From contig CAJWSY010000002.1 of assembly GCA_913045935.1 (NCBI GenBank), positions 19,181 to 83,180 on the forward strand: a DNA stretch of 64,000 bases, written 5' to 3'. Positions within the stretch are counted from its first letter, which is position 1. Each line of letters opens with the position of its first letter. The notes under the pieces were generated by a model. The model searched no databases and was not told where the DNA came from. It saw only the letters and a list, made by a program, of their open reading frames with translations. Origin of the DNA: an uncultured Chloroflexota bacterium (GTDB lineage Bacteria > Chloroflexota > Dehalococcoidia > Lucifugimonadales > GCA-002694895). Both the position numbers and the translations under genes were made by a program. This document shows, piece after piece, positions 49,688-58,898 of this stretch.

Positions 49688-51163
49688 ATGAATAAAAAAT
49701 ACTTGTTAAAAAATGCTACGATATACGACGGTACTGGGTCAAATCCTTTTAATGGGAATGTTTTGATTGAAAACGGCAAAATTATTGAAGTTGGTGAAAT
49801 TGAGAATGTTGATGCTGAAATTATAGATATAAAAGGCAAAGCTTTAGCTCCGGGATTTATTGATATGCATTCTCATGATGATATTGCAATGTTTGTTTAT
49901 CCGGATATGGATTTCAAATTAATGCAAGGAGTGACAACTAATGTTAATGGTAATTGCGGATCGGGGACTATTCCTTATTCATCTGCAGATATAGTAAAAT
50001 GGTATCCTCAAATGGAAGGAATTCCTGAATGGGAGACTTATGGCGAATATTTAGAATTAGTAAACCAATCTAAAACAAGTATTCATTCAGCATTTTTGGT
50101 TGGACATGGTCCTATAAGAAAAGCAACAGTTGGCAACGAACAACGAATGCCTACAGATAAAGAATTTGATTTAATGAAAGCTTGGATTAAAGAAGGCATG
50201 GAAGAAGGTGCTGTTGGCTTGTCAACAGGACTGATTTATGAACCTGGAAGATACTCTAACACGGAAGAACTTATTGAGTTAAGTAAAACAATTTCACCTT
50301 ATGATGGTGTTTATTTTAGTCATATGAGAAATGAAGCAGGACATTTAATAGAATCAGTTAATGAGACTATAAAAATTGGAGAAGAAGCTGGTTGTTCTGT
50401 TGAAATATCTCATCACAAAGTTTCAGGAGAAGAAAATTGGGGTAAATCTGTTCAATCTCTTGAAGCAATAGAAGATGCTCAAAATAGGGGATTAAATGTT
50501 CACTCTGATCAATACCCTTACAATGCGGGGAGTACTTCTCTTTTTGCTATTGTCCAAAATAATGCTTTTACCACAGGAGATGGCGGAATGGGATCTGCAA
50601 CAGGAGACAAAGTGTTAATTTCAAGCTCTAGTAAAGACCCTTCTATAGAAGGCAAGACTTTAGGTGACTTATGCGATGAATACGATCTACCTGAACAAGA
50701 AGCTGCTCAAAAATTACTATCTAATGACCCTGATATTTTTATTGTAATTGAAGGAATGGTAGAAGATGATATAGCAAGAATATTAGCACATCCTACAACT
50801 ATGATTGGTTCAGATGGAGTTCCCTTACCTGGAAAGCCTCATCCAAGGTTATACGGATGTTTTCCAAGAGTCCTTGGTAAATATTCCAGAGAAGATGGAG
50901 TGATAAGTATGCAAGATGCGATACATAAAATGACAGGATTGTCAGCAATTAAATCAAATCTTAATGATAGGGGTTTTATTAAAAAAGGATTAAATGCTGA
51001 CATTGTTATATTTGATGAAGGAACAATTATTGATAAAGCAACTTATGATAACCCGCGAGTTTACCCTGATGGAATTATACATGTTTTTATTGATGGAGAA
51101 TTTGCGGTCAAGAATGGAGAACAAACAGATTTAAGAGCAGGTAAAGTTGCAAAAAGATCTTAA
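49688..51163 (+). CDS. N-acyl-D-amino acid deacylase
   Basis: PGFIDMHSH, GNCG, GLSTGLIY.PG, HMRNE, DQYPY, GSDG, HPRLYG.FPR. Confidence 0.92.
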   Translation: MNKKYLLKNATIYDGTGSNPFNGNVLIENGKIIEVGEIENVDAEIIDIKGKALAPGFIDMHSHDDIAMFVYPDMDFKLMQGVTTNVNGNCGSGTIPYSSADIVKWYPQMEGIPEWETYGEYLELVNQSKTSIHSAFLVGHGPIRKATVGNEQRMPTDKEFDLMKAWIKEGMEEGAVGLSTGLIYEPGRYSNTEELIELSKTISPYDGVYFSHMRNEAGHLIESVNETIKIGEEAGCSVEISHHKVSGEENWGKSVQSLEAIEDAQNRGLNVHSDQYPYNAGSTSLFAIVQNNAFTTGDGGMGSATGDKVLISSSSKDPSIEGKTLGDLCDEYDLPEQEAAQKLLSNDPDIFIVIEGMVEDDIARILAHPTTMIGSDGVPLPGKPHPRLYGCFPRVLGKYSREDGVISMQDAIHKMTGLSAIKSNLNDRGFIKKGLNADIVIFDEGTIIDKATYDNPRVYPDGIIHVFIDGEFAVKNGEQTDLRAGKVAKRS

Positions 51164-51729
51164 TTTAAAATTGTAATTTCTTCTGCTGTTAATTCTAGTC
51201 CTTTATTATTTCCCTTTATAGAAATTTGATTTTCAGTTTTCAAATTTGTTTTTTCAGTTGGAATAATTGAATTTACTACAGTGTTGTTATCCATAACAAC
51301 TTGTACAGTACCTCTTTGTGTTTCAACGAATAGCATATTTCCTTCTATTTTAGATATTGATCCAGTCATCATTCGTGATTGCTTGGACCCACCTATACCT
51401 GCAGGAGGGTTATTCATTGGAGTTTTGTCTGTAGACAAAAACCCTGTTCTTACTTTATTTCTTAAATCTTCAGGAACTTCGTCCATGCTCATTTCACCTG
51501 ACTTTACTTTTGCCAATATTTCTCTTTCATCTTCTGATAACTCAACTCCGGAGGATGATTTAGTATTTTTAGCACTTTCACCGGGTGGATATATTTTCAT
51601 AAATTCATTACCTCCACTTATTGCCATATCAATTTTACTATTTGCATTATCATTACCATTATAAAAACCAATAGAGTACGAACCTCCGATTACAATAATA
51701 ATTGAAATTATAAATAATAGTGTTTTCAT
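51160..51729 (-). CDS. Membrane-anchored accessory protein with C-terminal DUF5666-like beta domain
   Basis: N-terminal TM segment; G.I.KI.G....V....G ... L.....I.I.G......A..I. Confidence 0.6.
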   Translation of the reverse strand: MKTLLFIISIIIVIGGSYSIGFYNGNDNANSKIDMAISGGNEFMKIYPPGESAKNTKSSSGVELSEDEREILAKVKSGEMSMDEVPEDLRNKVRTGFLSTDKTPMNNPPAGIGGSKQSRMMTGSISKIEGNMLFVETQRGTVQVVMDNNTVVNSIIPTEKTNLKTENQISIKGNNKGLELTAEEITILN

Positions 51730-51740
51730 ATTAATTCTCC

Positions 51741-52982
51741 TTATTGGTACCTCAATGCCTCAACCGGTTGTAATTTAGAAGCGCGTAATGCAGGAAATAT
51801 ACCAAAGAATAAGCCTGTAGCTGCAGAAACTCCGAAAGACAACATTGCTATCCCTAGAGTAAATTCTGTTCTAAATGTCTCAGCATCATCACCAAATTGA
51901 ATCTGTCCTATAAAATATAAAGTAAGCCAACCTAAAAATATTCCCACCATACCACCTATAGTACTCAATACTATAGATTCCGATACAAATTGAAGGAGAA
52001 TATCTTTTCTTTTTGCACCCATACTTTTTCGAATTCCAATTTCTCTTGTTCTTTCTGTTACGGAAACTAACATAATATTCATAACACCTATACCTCCCAC
52101 CAACAACGAGATCCCAGCAATTGCGCCTAAAAAGATAGTGATTCCTTGTGTTACTGTTTTAAAAGTATCAAGCACGTCTTGTTGGTTTATTATTTCAAAA
52201 TCATCTTCTTCATCTGATGCTATTTTGTGATTAAATCTGAGAATACTAGTTGCTTCAAGTAAAGCTTTGTTAACTAGATCAGAATTGGCTGCTTCAACAA
52301 CAATTGATGCAAGGGCAACAGTGCCGGGAGTATTGTTTGAAGTTGAAAGTCTATAGTGAGCTGTAGTAACTGGAATGAATGCTCTGTCATCCATACTTAC
52401 TCCACCGAAACCTCCTCCTTTTTCATCTAATACTCCTATAACTTGCATACTTCGACCATTTATCCTAACAAATTGTCCCACTGGATTTCTATTTCCTAGT
52501 AACTCATTAGCAGTATTTATTCCTAGAACAACTACTTCTGACATATTTTCTACATGTAAATCAGAAATAAATGAACCATGCTTTATTTCTAGATTTCTTA
52601 CTGATTTATAATTTTGTGTGATGCCATATACCTGTGTATATTTCCAATTGTTACTAAAATTTATTTTGCCCATTTGAACTAATTCTGGGGTTACAGATTT
52701 TATTGCACTATTTTCACGTTTTTCAGAAAGTATTTCAGCATCTTTAAGAGATATTACGGAAGGCGTACCTGATTTCGAATCTCTTGATGGAGTGATATAG
52801 ATTAAATTTGATCCTAGAGATTCGATAGTATCAGTTACTGATTTTTCAAAACCTTTACCCATTCCCATTAGTGATATAACTGACAAAATACCAATTACAA
52901 TCCCGAGTAAAGTCAATCCTGAACGTAATTTGTTTGTACTTAGAGAATTTAGAGCTGTTTTTAAAATTGCAAATATACTCAT
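51741..52982 (-). CDS. MacB/YknZ-type ABC permease
   Basis: NKLRSGLTLLGIVIG, GGIGVMNIMLVSVTERTREIGIRK, PVEALRY. Confidence 0.95.
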   Translation of the reverse strand: MSIFAILKTALNSLSTNKLRSGLTLLGIVIGILSVISLMGMGKGFEKSVTDTIESLGSNLIYITPSRDSKSGTPSVISLKDAEILSEKRENSAIKSVTPELVQMGKINFSNNWKYTQVYGITQNYKSVRNLEIKHGSFISDLHVENMSEVVVLGINTANELLGNRNPVGQFVRINGRSMQVIGVLDEKGGGFGGVSMDDRAFIPVTTAHYRLSTSNNTPGTVALASIVVEAANSDLVNKALLEATSILRFNHKIASDEEDDFEIINQQDVLDTFKTVTQGITIFLGAIAGISLLVGGIGVMNIMLVSVTERTREIGIRKSMGAKRKDILLQFVSESIVLSTIGGMVGIFLGWLTLYFIGQIQFGDDAETFRTEFTLGIAMLSFGVSAATGLFFGIFPALRASKLQPVEALRYQ

Positions 52983-53653
52983 TTATTTCTCTCATCACTT
53001 ATAATTTCACCATCTCTGAAAGATATTATTCTTTTGGTTTGTTTAGCAATATCCGGTTCATGAGTAACTATCAAAACAGTAATTTTTGATTCAATATTTA
53101 AACTTGTTAAGATTTGCATTATTTCTGATCCCGTTTTTGTATCAAGTGCACCAGTAGGTTCATCTGCTAAAACTATTCGGGGATTTTTTACTAGCGCTCT
53201 TGCGATTGAAACTCTTTGTTGCTCTCCTCCTGACATTTCAACAGGTTTGTGCTTCATTCTATCTTTTAACCCAACTTTTTCCAAAGCAATTTCCGCTTTA
53301 TTTTTTATATCCTTATTGCTTATGTACGATAGCCCCATCATGACGTTCTCAATTGCGCTAATTCTTGGAAGAAGATTATAAGTTTGAAAAATAAATCCAA
53401 CTTTTTCTCCTCTGATTTCTGCAAGTTTATTATCGCTTAGTTTTCCTACATCAATATCGTCAAGTAAATATTCCCCCGATGAAGGGACATCTAAGCATCC
53501 AAGTATATTCATCATAGTAGACTTTCCAGAGCCTGAAGGTCCCATTATAGAAGCAAACTCACCTTGATTAATATTAAGGTTAACTGATTTAACGGCGTTA
53601 ACTTCTATACCAGAAAGCTGATAAGTTTTAGATACATTTAATAGCTCTATCAT
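52979..53653 (-). CDS. ABC ATP-binding protein (LolD/YknY type)
   Basis: GPSGSGKST, MSGGEQQR, LADEPTG, VTH. Confidence 0.96.
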   Translation of the reverse strand: MIELLNVSKTYQLSGIEVNAVKSVNLNINQGEFASIMGPSGSGKSTMMNILGCLDVPSSGEYLLDDIDVGKLSDNKLAEIRGEKVGFIFQTYNLLPRISAIENVMMGLSYISNKDIKNKAEIALEKVGLKDRMKHKPVEMSGGEQQRVSIARALVKNPRIVLADEPTGALDTKTGSEIMQILTSLNIESKITVLIVTHEPDIAKQTKRIISFRDGEIISDERNK

Positions 53654-55717
53654 TTATCTTTTCTGCCTTGAATTATTAGATTTTGGTTCGGCTGAAGGAG
53701 GACCACCTCTGATATCTGTCGTTGGAATATCTGGTACTTCCATGACAATCATGTCAGTTTCATTAATTCCTGACATGACTTCTACCCAATTTGAATCAGA
53801 ATCGCCTATTTCTATAGCTTTTTCTGTTACTTGACCATTAACTATTACTTTGACGGTAGGAAAGTCAAATGTACCATACAAACTTTGTATTGGAATTAAG
53901 TTTATTCCATATTTTGCCTTGGTTATCACTCTTGCTGTGGCGCTTAATCCGTCTTTAAGAGCTGCATCATTCGGAATACTTACATCAATCTTTGCTGAAA
54001 ATGTAGTCACTCCTCCAGAAGAATTGCTTGAAGATCCTATAGATTTTAGGGTTCCATCTAACTCTGTATCACGTAATGCATCTGTTTGTATTTTAGCTGC
54101 TAGGCCACTAGATAAATATAGAATGTCAACCTCATCAACGTCTCCATTAAATTCTAAGGTGTTAGGATTTGCTATATTCATTATATTTTGAGCAGAAGTA
54201 ATTGTGTCGCCTTCATTTTTGTTTATTGCTGTTATAATCCCATCATAAGGCGCGTATATTTTTGCGCCTCTTAGAATGTTTTCTGCATTTTTGTAAAGAG
54301 CTTCAGTATTTTTTAACTCAGATTCTCTAAGATTAACAATTTCCTGAAATTTTGTTACATTCAGTTCTAAAATAGAAATATCTAATATAGACGGATTTTT
54401 CAAATCTTTAAGTTCATCTTCTAATTTTTTTAATGATTCTTTATTTACCAATAGTTGATCATTGAGTTGTTTTTCTTTATCAGTTTGAGATCTTGAAAGA
54501 ATTTCTTCATACGTTTGTTTAGCAGTTCTGTACAACGAAAGTTTATTTGTGTAAGTACTTTGTGCTGCGTCTATAGCTTTATTTTTTTCTAATATTTTCT
54601 CATTATATTTCTTGATAGCTTTTTCATAGTCTTCCCATTTGTCGGTCAAACTTTTATCAATACAAGTTTTATCTATAGAAGAATTACCTATTGTTGTAGT
54701 TGGCAACACAGAAGTATTCTTACAATCTATCCAAATATCTGAAGATGAGTCTTCTTTTCCAATAGTAGAAGGGCTAAGATGCAACCATCCGTAGATTGTT
54801 AATTCATCAAGTTGTGTATTTTTGTCATCTATAGGCCTTAGATAAATATCACGTTTTATTGTGGATTCACTAAATATTTTGTGAAGATCCATTTTCCAGT
54901 CTTTAAGAATATCAGTATGTTTTTTTAGGAATTGTTCACTGCTTTCTAATCCAAACCACTTGTTTAGTTCTTTAAAATAAATTTCTTTTTTCACACTGAT
55001 ATCGTCTTCAAATGGAGTTATATTAGTATCCCATTGAGATTTAGTTATATCTAATGTTTTAGATGCATTGTTTTTTGTAAATACCGCAACATCATAACTT
55101 GATTTAGCGTTGTCTAAATCAACTTGCTTTCCTGATTTTAAGTAAAAAGACAGATCGAATTCAGATTTTGAAATACTTATTTTAGCGTCAGAAATTGCTT
55201 TCTCTTTATTTGCAATCAAGACTGAATCTCCTTCTTTAGATGTGTTAAGGGTTTCTTTTGCATCTCTTAAATTAGATTCACTGACTTTGAGGGCATATTT
55301 AGCAGTTGCGACATCAGATTTAGCTTTAGCTACATTTTTTGCTAATTCAGTTAATTTGATATCATCTAATTCGGCAAGAACGCTACCTGAAGAAACATAT
55401 TCGTTCTCTTCTACGAGTATTTTGGCTATCTTACCTGGGCTAAGAAATTTAAGATCATCTTTTTCAGAAAATTTTATTTGACCTGTTATAGTGACATCAG
55501 ATACCAAGTCACCTTTTTGCATCGTAATTATTTGCTCAGTATCGGTTACTACGGTATTATCGGTTCCAATATAATTTTTGAACATAAAAACAGACAATAG
55601 AGTTCCCAAAATAAATAAAATAGAAAATGAACTATATTTACCAATTCGTCCAAGTTTTAATAATTGATTAAGTTTTAGAAGTCCAAGAGTTTTTTTTAGT
55701 ACATTTAATATTTTCAT
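53654..55717 (-). CDS. Long membrane-fusion/periplasmic adaptor protein (YknX/HlyD-like) with inserted domain
   Basis: TM anchor, lipoyl halves (G.I.KI.V......V..G..LA.LD; IYAPYDG.I), VDEVDI, long coiled coils. Confidence 0.85.
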   Translation of the reverse strand: MKILNVLKKTLGLLKLNQLLKLGRIGKYSSFSILFILGTLLSVFMFKNYIGTDNTVVTDTEQIITMQKGDLVSDVTITGQIKFSEKDDLKFLSPGKIAKILVEENEYVSSGSVLAELDDIKLTELAKNVAKAKSDVATAKYALKVSESNLRDAKETLNTSKEGDSVLIANKEKAISDAKISISKSEFDLSFYLKSGKQVDLDNAKSSYDVAVFTKNNASKTLDITKSQWDTNITPFEDDISVKKEIYFKELNKWFGLESSEQFLKKHTDILKDWKMDLHKIFSESTIKRDIYLRPIDDKNTQLDELTIYGWLHLSPSTIGKEDSSSDIWIDCKNTSVLPTTTIGNSSIDKTCIDKSLTDKWEDYEKAIKKYNEKILEKNKAIDAAQSTYTNKLSLYRTAKQTYEEILSRSQTDKEKQLNDQLLVNKESLKKLEDELKDLKNPSILDISILELNVTKFQEIVNLRESELKNTEALYKNAENILRGAKIYAPYDGIITAINKNEGDTITSAQNIMNIANPNTLEFNGDVDEVDILYLSSGLAAKIQTDALRDTELDGTLKSIGSSSNSSGGVTTFSAKIDVSIPNDAALKDGLSATARVITKAKYGINLIPIQSLYGTFDFPTVKVIVNGQVTEKAIEIGDSDSNWVEVMSGINETDMIVMEVPDIPTTDIRGGPPSAEPKSNNSRQKR

Positions 55718-55768
55718 TTTCTAATCTCTATAATTTATTTATTAAACTAATTATAGAACAGATTGAGT

Positions 55769-55954
55769 TTAACTTGCTTTGTTAAATTTTCGTAAATTAA
55801 TTTTCATGTTCTTTTTTTTAAGTTTAGGATTTGAATAATCTACCCATCCACACATTATGCAAGTTGGCTCAAAACTGTCCATTGATACAATTGAACTACA
55901 TTTTGGACACTTATTTGAATGGATTGATGTACCAGTGTTTTTCTTATTGTTCAT
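55769..55954 (-). CDS. Small zinc-ribbon protein
   Basis: CPKC...CIMCGW; GAGG SD. Confidence 0.6.
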   Translation of the reverse strand: MNNKKNTGTSIHSNKCPKCSSIVSMDSFEPTCIMCGWVDYSNPKLKKKNMKINLRKFNKAS

Positions 55955-56021
55955 GATGTACCTCTTATATAATTATTAACTAGACCTTATACTAGTATTG
56001 TTAAGAAATATTGAAGAATAA

Positions 56022-56258
56022 ATGGCAGAAAATCTAATACTTGACTTACACCAAGTAAGGCATGAAGAAGCAGAAATACTTGTTGATCGATTCATAAATG
56101 AAAATTGGGGTAAAAATCTTTATTTTCAAATTATTACTGGTAATTCAGAAATAATGAAAAATATTGTTATCGAAAAATTGGATTTGTATGAATTGGAATT
56201 TTCTGTTGGAGAAAAGTGGAATCCAACTAATTCAGGTTATATCACAGTACTTATTTGA
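56022..56258 (+). CDS. Stand-alone Smr-domain protein
   Basis: LDLH, IITGNS, NSG...V. Confidence 0.72.
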   Translation: MAENLILDLHQVRHEEAEILVDRFINENWGKNLYFQIITGNSEIMKNIVIEKLDLYELEFSVGEKWNPTNSGYITVLI

Positions 56259-56919
56259 TGTTCTTATCAAGAAATTCTATTGTTCTTAAGTATGATAAAT
56301 CGGCAGCTTCTTTATTATAGATTTCAGATCTTTCATCGTTGAAAAATGCGTGTTCTGTTCCTGGATAGATATGAAATTGGAAATCTTTTTTGTTTTTACT
56401 AAATTCTAATTCTAATTCTTCTAATGAATCAGTAGCTTTATCATGTTCTGCGTAATGCCCTAACACAGGACAATTAGTTTTACTCCAGTCAGGTGAGGAA
56501 TTTACTAAAACTCCATAGTAGGGTACCGATGCATCAATGACATTTTGAGTGGCCATATATAGCGCCAATCCACCACCCATGCAGAAACCTATACAACCTG
56601 TTTTGTCATTGGAGACGTAATTTTCTTTTATATATAGAATACCTTTTTTTATTTTATCTGAAGCTTCATCTATTTTTAATTCCATCATTAATTTTTGTGC
56701 TTCATTTGGTTCCGTAGCAGTTTTTCCATCATACAAATCAGGAGCTAATACTACGTATCCCTCTTTTGCATATCTGTCTGCAACTTCTTTTATATGTCCT
56801 ACTAAACCCCACCATTCTTGTAATATGATTAATCCTGGTCCAGATCCTGTGTCAGGCAATGATAGATAGCCTTGCAAGCTGTTTGAATTTCCATATGATA
56901 CTATTTTGCCATTTATCAT
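56251..56919 (-). CDS. Dienelactone hydrolase family
   Basis: QEWWGL, APDLY, GFCMGG, HAFFN. Confidence 0.93.
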   Translation of the reverse strand: MINGKIVSYGNSNSLQGYLSLPDTGSGPGLIILQEWWGLVGHIKEVADRYAKEGYVVLAPDLYDGKTATEPNEAQKLMMELKIDEASDKIKKGILYIKENYVSNDKTGCIGFCMGGGLALYMATQNVIDASVPYYGVLVNSSPDWSKTNCPVLGHYAEHDKATDSLEELELEFSKNKKDFQFHIYPGTEHAFFNDERSEIYNKEAADLSYLRTIEFLDKNIK

Positions 56920-56926
56920 TTTTGAC

Positions 56927-57496
56927 CTATTTATCTTGAATAAGTATTACTTTGGTACCTGCTATCATATCATGAATGCATCTTCTGTCTGTTCTAAATA
57001 TAAAAAGAATATCAACTAACCTGATTATTACTCCAACTACGGGGAACAAGCCAATGAGACCAATAATCCATTCTCTTAAAATTACGTTAGTTAAAAAACC
57101 ACAAGGATTTCCATCTTTATCAATAATAATAATATTCATAAATCTTTTACCAAGAGTTTGAGATATGGTAGCTAAAAGATAATATTGATAAATCATGAAA
57201 GACAATCCAGCTACAACAGCACCTATTATTGCTTTTCCTCCACCAACAGTAATAGCGATTATAGTACCAACTATAACTACAGCTAATACTCCTAATAAGC
57301 CATCAACAAGCCTTGCTAGAAGTCTTTTTGTTCTACTGGCTAAAATATAATCATATGGTTGACTTGGTGGTTCAACTGATTCTTCAAAAAGCTGTTCTGA
57401 ATTTATTTTGAATAAATCAATACCACAATTATTGCAAAATTTATCAGTATTTTTGTACTCTACACCACATTCTTTGCAAAACTTTGATTCTTCCAT
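56927..57496 (-). CDS. Zinc-ribbon + RDD family membrane protein
   Basis: CKECG...FCNNCG; R..A.LVD, QTLGK, HD.IAGT.V. Confidence 0.88.
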   Translation of the reverse strand: MEESKFCKECGVEYKNTDKFCNNCGIDLFKINSEQLFEESVEPPSQPYDYILASRTKRLLARLVDGLLGVLAVVIVGTIIAITVGGGKAIIGAVVAGLSFMIYQYYLLATISQTLGKRFMNIIIIDKDGNPCGFLTNVILREWIIGLIGLFPVVGVIIRLVDILFIFRTDRRCIHDMIAGTKVILIQDK

Positions 57497-57503
57497 ATTG
57501 AGA

Positions 57504-58076
57504 TTAATTAGTTGATTTTTTTAATAGTTCAAGTGTTTTTGCTAACAAGTAATCAGTAGGAGGTCTATCTGACGCGGAACTGCCAATGTGAGACCATAAT
57601 ATTTTTTTGTTTTTATCTACTACAAATGCAGCAGGTGCAGCAACACTATCACCTAAAACATTAAATACGCCCCATTCCTGCGAAATAGTAAAAGTATTGT
57701 CAGATATCATACTGAACTTAGCATCAACATCATTTCTCATCGCATCAGTATTTTCCACATCATCAGTACTTACTGTAATAATATCAATTCCAAAGCGTTT
57801 GAATAAATTATGATTTTGTGACAACTCACCTAGTTGTGCTCTACAAATACCTCAGAAATAACCTCTGTAAAAAACAATTATTACAGATTGGTAATTTGCA
57901 AGAGATTGATCTATTGCATTATTTAGAGATGGGTCTAATGAAATCGACTGAGTTAAATCATCAGAGCTGTTATCATTTATATTTTCACTGCTTGAACAAC
58001 TAATGATAGTTAGAACACTAATTGAAAACAAAAGAATAAATGATAATTTTATAACTCGAGTTAAATTTTTAATCAT
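57504..58076 (-). CDS. Peroxiredoxin-like (AhpC/TSA) lipoprotein selenoprotein, UxxC, 190 aa via UGA recoding
   Basis: Track ORFs 57852-58076 and 57504-57824 are in one frame, separated only by TGA at 57854-57852 in FYRGYF*GICRAQLGEL; SECIS-like hairpin follows; lipobox IISC. Confidence 0.85.
57815..57847 (-). other. Putative bacterial SECIS element
   Basis: After the UGA: UUUGU-AGAGC-ACAACU-[AGGUG]-AGUUGU-C-ACAAA; G-containing apical loop 20 nt after the UGA. Confidence 0.7.
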
Positions 58077-58083
58077 AATTAGG

Positions 58084-58887
58084 CTAATGTAAATCTTTAT
58101 ATTTAAAAGTAATAAAACTTATTGTGATAAATATTATACATAATAATGACATTATAAATACATCAAAGAAATCCATTCCATTTACAATAGGATTTGAATT
58201 TTTATAATAATGAAACACTGAAAAATATTTCATGTTTTTTGTTGCATCAATCAACGGGCTGATTGCATTCATAAAATGCGATAATATAGCTATTGCTGCA
58301 CTGATTGATAAAGTTTTGTTTTTATTGCCTGTGATAGATCCTATAAGTAAGGATAAGCTGCCAAACACTAAACTTAATAATGCTAGATGTATGATTGTAC
58401 CGAGTAACTTCAATCCTTCAAGGTCTAAAGAGAATATATACGAAAAAATCATGAAAGATATAAATATGAATAAACTTACAGAAAATATTTTAGTGAGCAT
58501 AACAAGAATATTTTGTATCAAATAATTGTTTCTAGAAATTGAGCTAGACATAATTATCTCAATTGTTTTGTTATTTAATTCTCCCGCTATGATACCAGTG
58601 CCACTATTTATTCCAATTATTATTAACATTATTGGACCAAAAACTCCAAATATTTCTAAATTTAAAAAACCAGCGAATGTGGACATGTCTAATCCATTTT
58701 CAGCTCCCAAGAGATTTAACAATTCCTTTGGAAAGCTATCAATTAAATCATTAAATGATTCAAGATTTTCTGAAAATGAATTATAAGCGAAAGAAAGATA
58801 AAAACTTAATGTTAATAACCCTATTAACCAATATGTTAAATTTGTTCTCAAATCCCTTAAGTTTTTTAGGTATACATTTTTAAACAT
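58084..58887 (-). CDS. ABC-2 type exporter permease
   Basis: Six TM segments, IAGE...TIE...S..ISR, S.FHYY. Confidence 0.88.
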   Translation of the reverse strand: MFKNVYLKNLRDLRTNLTYWLIGLLTLSFYLSFAYNSFSENLESFNDLIDSFPKELLNLLGAENGLDMSTFAGFLNLEIFGVFGPIMLIIIGINSGTGIIAGELNNKTIEIIMSSSISRNNYLIQNILVMLTKIFSVSLFIFISFMIFSYIFSLDLEGLKLLGTIIHLALLSLVFGSLSLLIGSITGNKNKTLSISAAIAILSHFMNAISPLIDATKNMKYFSVFHYYKNSNPIVNGMDFFDVFIMSLLCIIFITISFITFKYKDLH

Positions 58888-58898
58888 AGTTAAATTAT

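Noticed and set aside
57852-57854. Pseudogene or UGA=Trp/Gly genetic code
   Set aside because: Other genes end normally in TGA (e.g. ATGA overlaps at 10267 and 17814) and use TGG for Trp. The lone internal TGA sits on the catalytic Cys with a hairpin behind it.
796-58786. Numerous short antisense or overlapping ORFs in the track (e.g. 796-978, 8487-8777, 15742-16143, 51281-51664, 53850-54191)
   Set aside because: Shadow frames of well-supported genes; no motifs or RBS.
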